Source of the DNA: Mobula hypostoma
Taxonomy: Eukaryota
DNA: 64,000 bases
Direction of reading: 5' to 3'
NCBI RefSeq assembly: GCF_963921235.1
Contig: NC_086108.1
Location: forward strand, 43,340,001-43,404,000
This document shows, piece after piece, positions 62,970-64,000 of this stretch; positions within the stretch are counted from its first letter, which is position 1; each line of letters starts with the position of its first letter. Both the position numbers and the translations under genes were made by a program. The notes under the pieces were generated by a model, which worked only from the letters and a program-made list of their open reading frames with translations, ran no database searches and was not told the origin of the DNA.

Positions 62970-64000
62970 GTGACAGCGCTCTGTGTAGATGTGCTCAGTG
63001 GTAGAGAAGGCTTTACACGTGATGGACTGGGTCATACCCGCTACATTTTATAGTGTTTTCCATTCAAGACCATGTGTGCTTCCATACCAGGCTGTGATGC
63101 AGCCAGTCGATATACTCATCACACATCTATAGAAGTTTGTCAAAGTTTTAGATGTTAAGCTGAATACTTGTGAACTTCTAAGAAAGTAGAGGAGCTATAT
63201 GTTTTCTTTGTAATTGCCCTCGCGTGCTAGGTCCAAAGCAGGTCCTCTGAAATTATAACCATGAGTAATTTAAAGTTGCTGATCTTCTCTTCCCCTGATC
63301 CCCTGATGAGGACTGGCTCATGGACCTCCAGTTTCCTCCTCCTGAAGTCAATAATCAGCTGCTTGGTCTTGCTGACATTGAGTGACAAGTTGTTGTGGCA
63401 CCACTCAGCCACATCTTCAGTCTTCCTCCTATATGCTGATTTGTCATCAACTTTGATTTGGCTGATGACAGTGGTGCTGTCAGCAAACTTGAATATGACA
63501 TTGGAGCTGTTGTTGGCCACAGTCATAAGTATAAAGTGACTATGGCAGGGGACTAAGCACATAGCCTTGTGGTGCATCTGTGATGATGGAGATGTTGCCA
63601 ATCTGAACTGACTGTGGTCTGCAAGTAAGGAAACAAAGATCTAATTATACAAGGAGGTACTGAGGTCAGGGTCTTGAAACTTATTGATTAGTTTTGAGAG
63701 GACGATGGTATTGAATGCCGAGTTCAATATACATCTTTGCTGTCCAGGTGTTCTGGGGCTCTGTGAAGAGACAATGAAATGGCACCTGCTCTGAAGTTGT
63801 GCTTGTAGACAAACTGGAGTGGATTCTGGTTGCTTCTCGGGCAGGAGTTGTGTATTCTATCAGCAACCTCTCAAAACACTTCATCACAGTCAGTGTAAAT
63901 GCTACTGGATGATGGTCATTGAGGCAGGATACCATGTTTTCTTAGGTACAGGTGTGATTGAAGCAGGTGGGTACCTCGGATGGCTGAAGCGAGAGGTTAA
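62970..64000 (-). mobile_element. Rex1/Babar-type LINE fragment
   Basis: CLNDHHPVAFTLTVMKCFERL and IFKFADSTT...WCHNNLSLNVSKTKQLIIDFRR. Confidence 0.82.

Overview
Vertebrate genomic DNA, probably a cartilaginous fish (inferred from the repeat landscape: many CR1 and Rex1-type LINEs, Penelope-like elements, HE1-like V-SINEs). Two spliced genes lie on the + strand: the last six coding exons of RTCA (RNA 3'-terminal phosphate cyclase, 2880-8591) and the first six coding exons of CDC14A (ATG at 24484 in a CpG island; the gene continues past the window). All splice sites are GT-AG and exon phases join correctly. Much of the rest is nested transposon debris: CR1, Rex1, RTE, Penelope-like, SINE, Tc1, Tigger/pogo, hAT, a probable Helitron and a solo LTR. 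The most notable signals are: (1) a short RTE-derived element whose 5' end, fixed by its target-site duplication (TSD), folds as a candidate HDV-like ribozyme, with a compensatory change between two copies; (2) three identical minimal hammerhead cores in Penelope-like repeats, with related copies forming fold-back insertions flanked by 13-14 bp TSDs; (3) a 1.5-kb Tc1 fold-back built from two transposase 3' halves inside an RTCA intron; (4) reciprocal hAT/Tigger chimeras; (5) a CpG-retaining island about 8-10 kb upstream of CDC14A. Everything was read by eye with no database search or folding run. Repeat boundaries without a stated TSD or terminal inverted repeat (TIR) are approximate.
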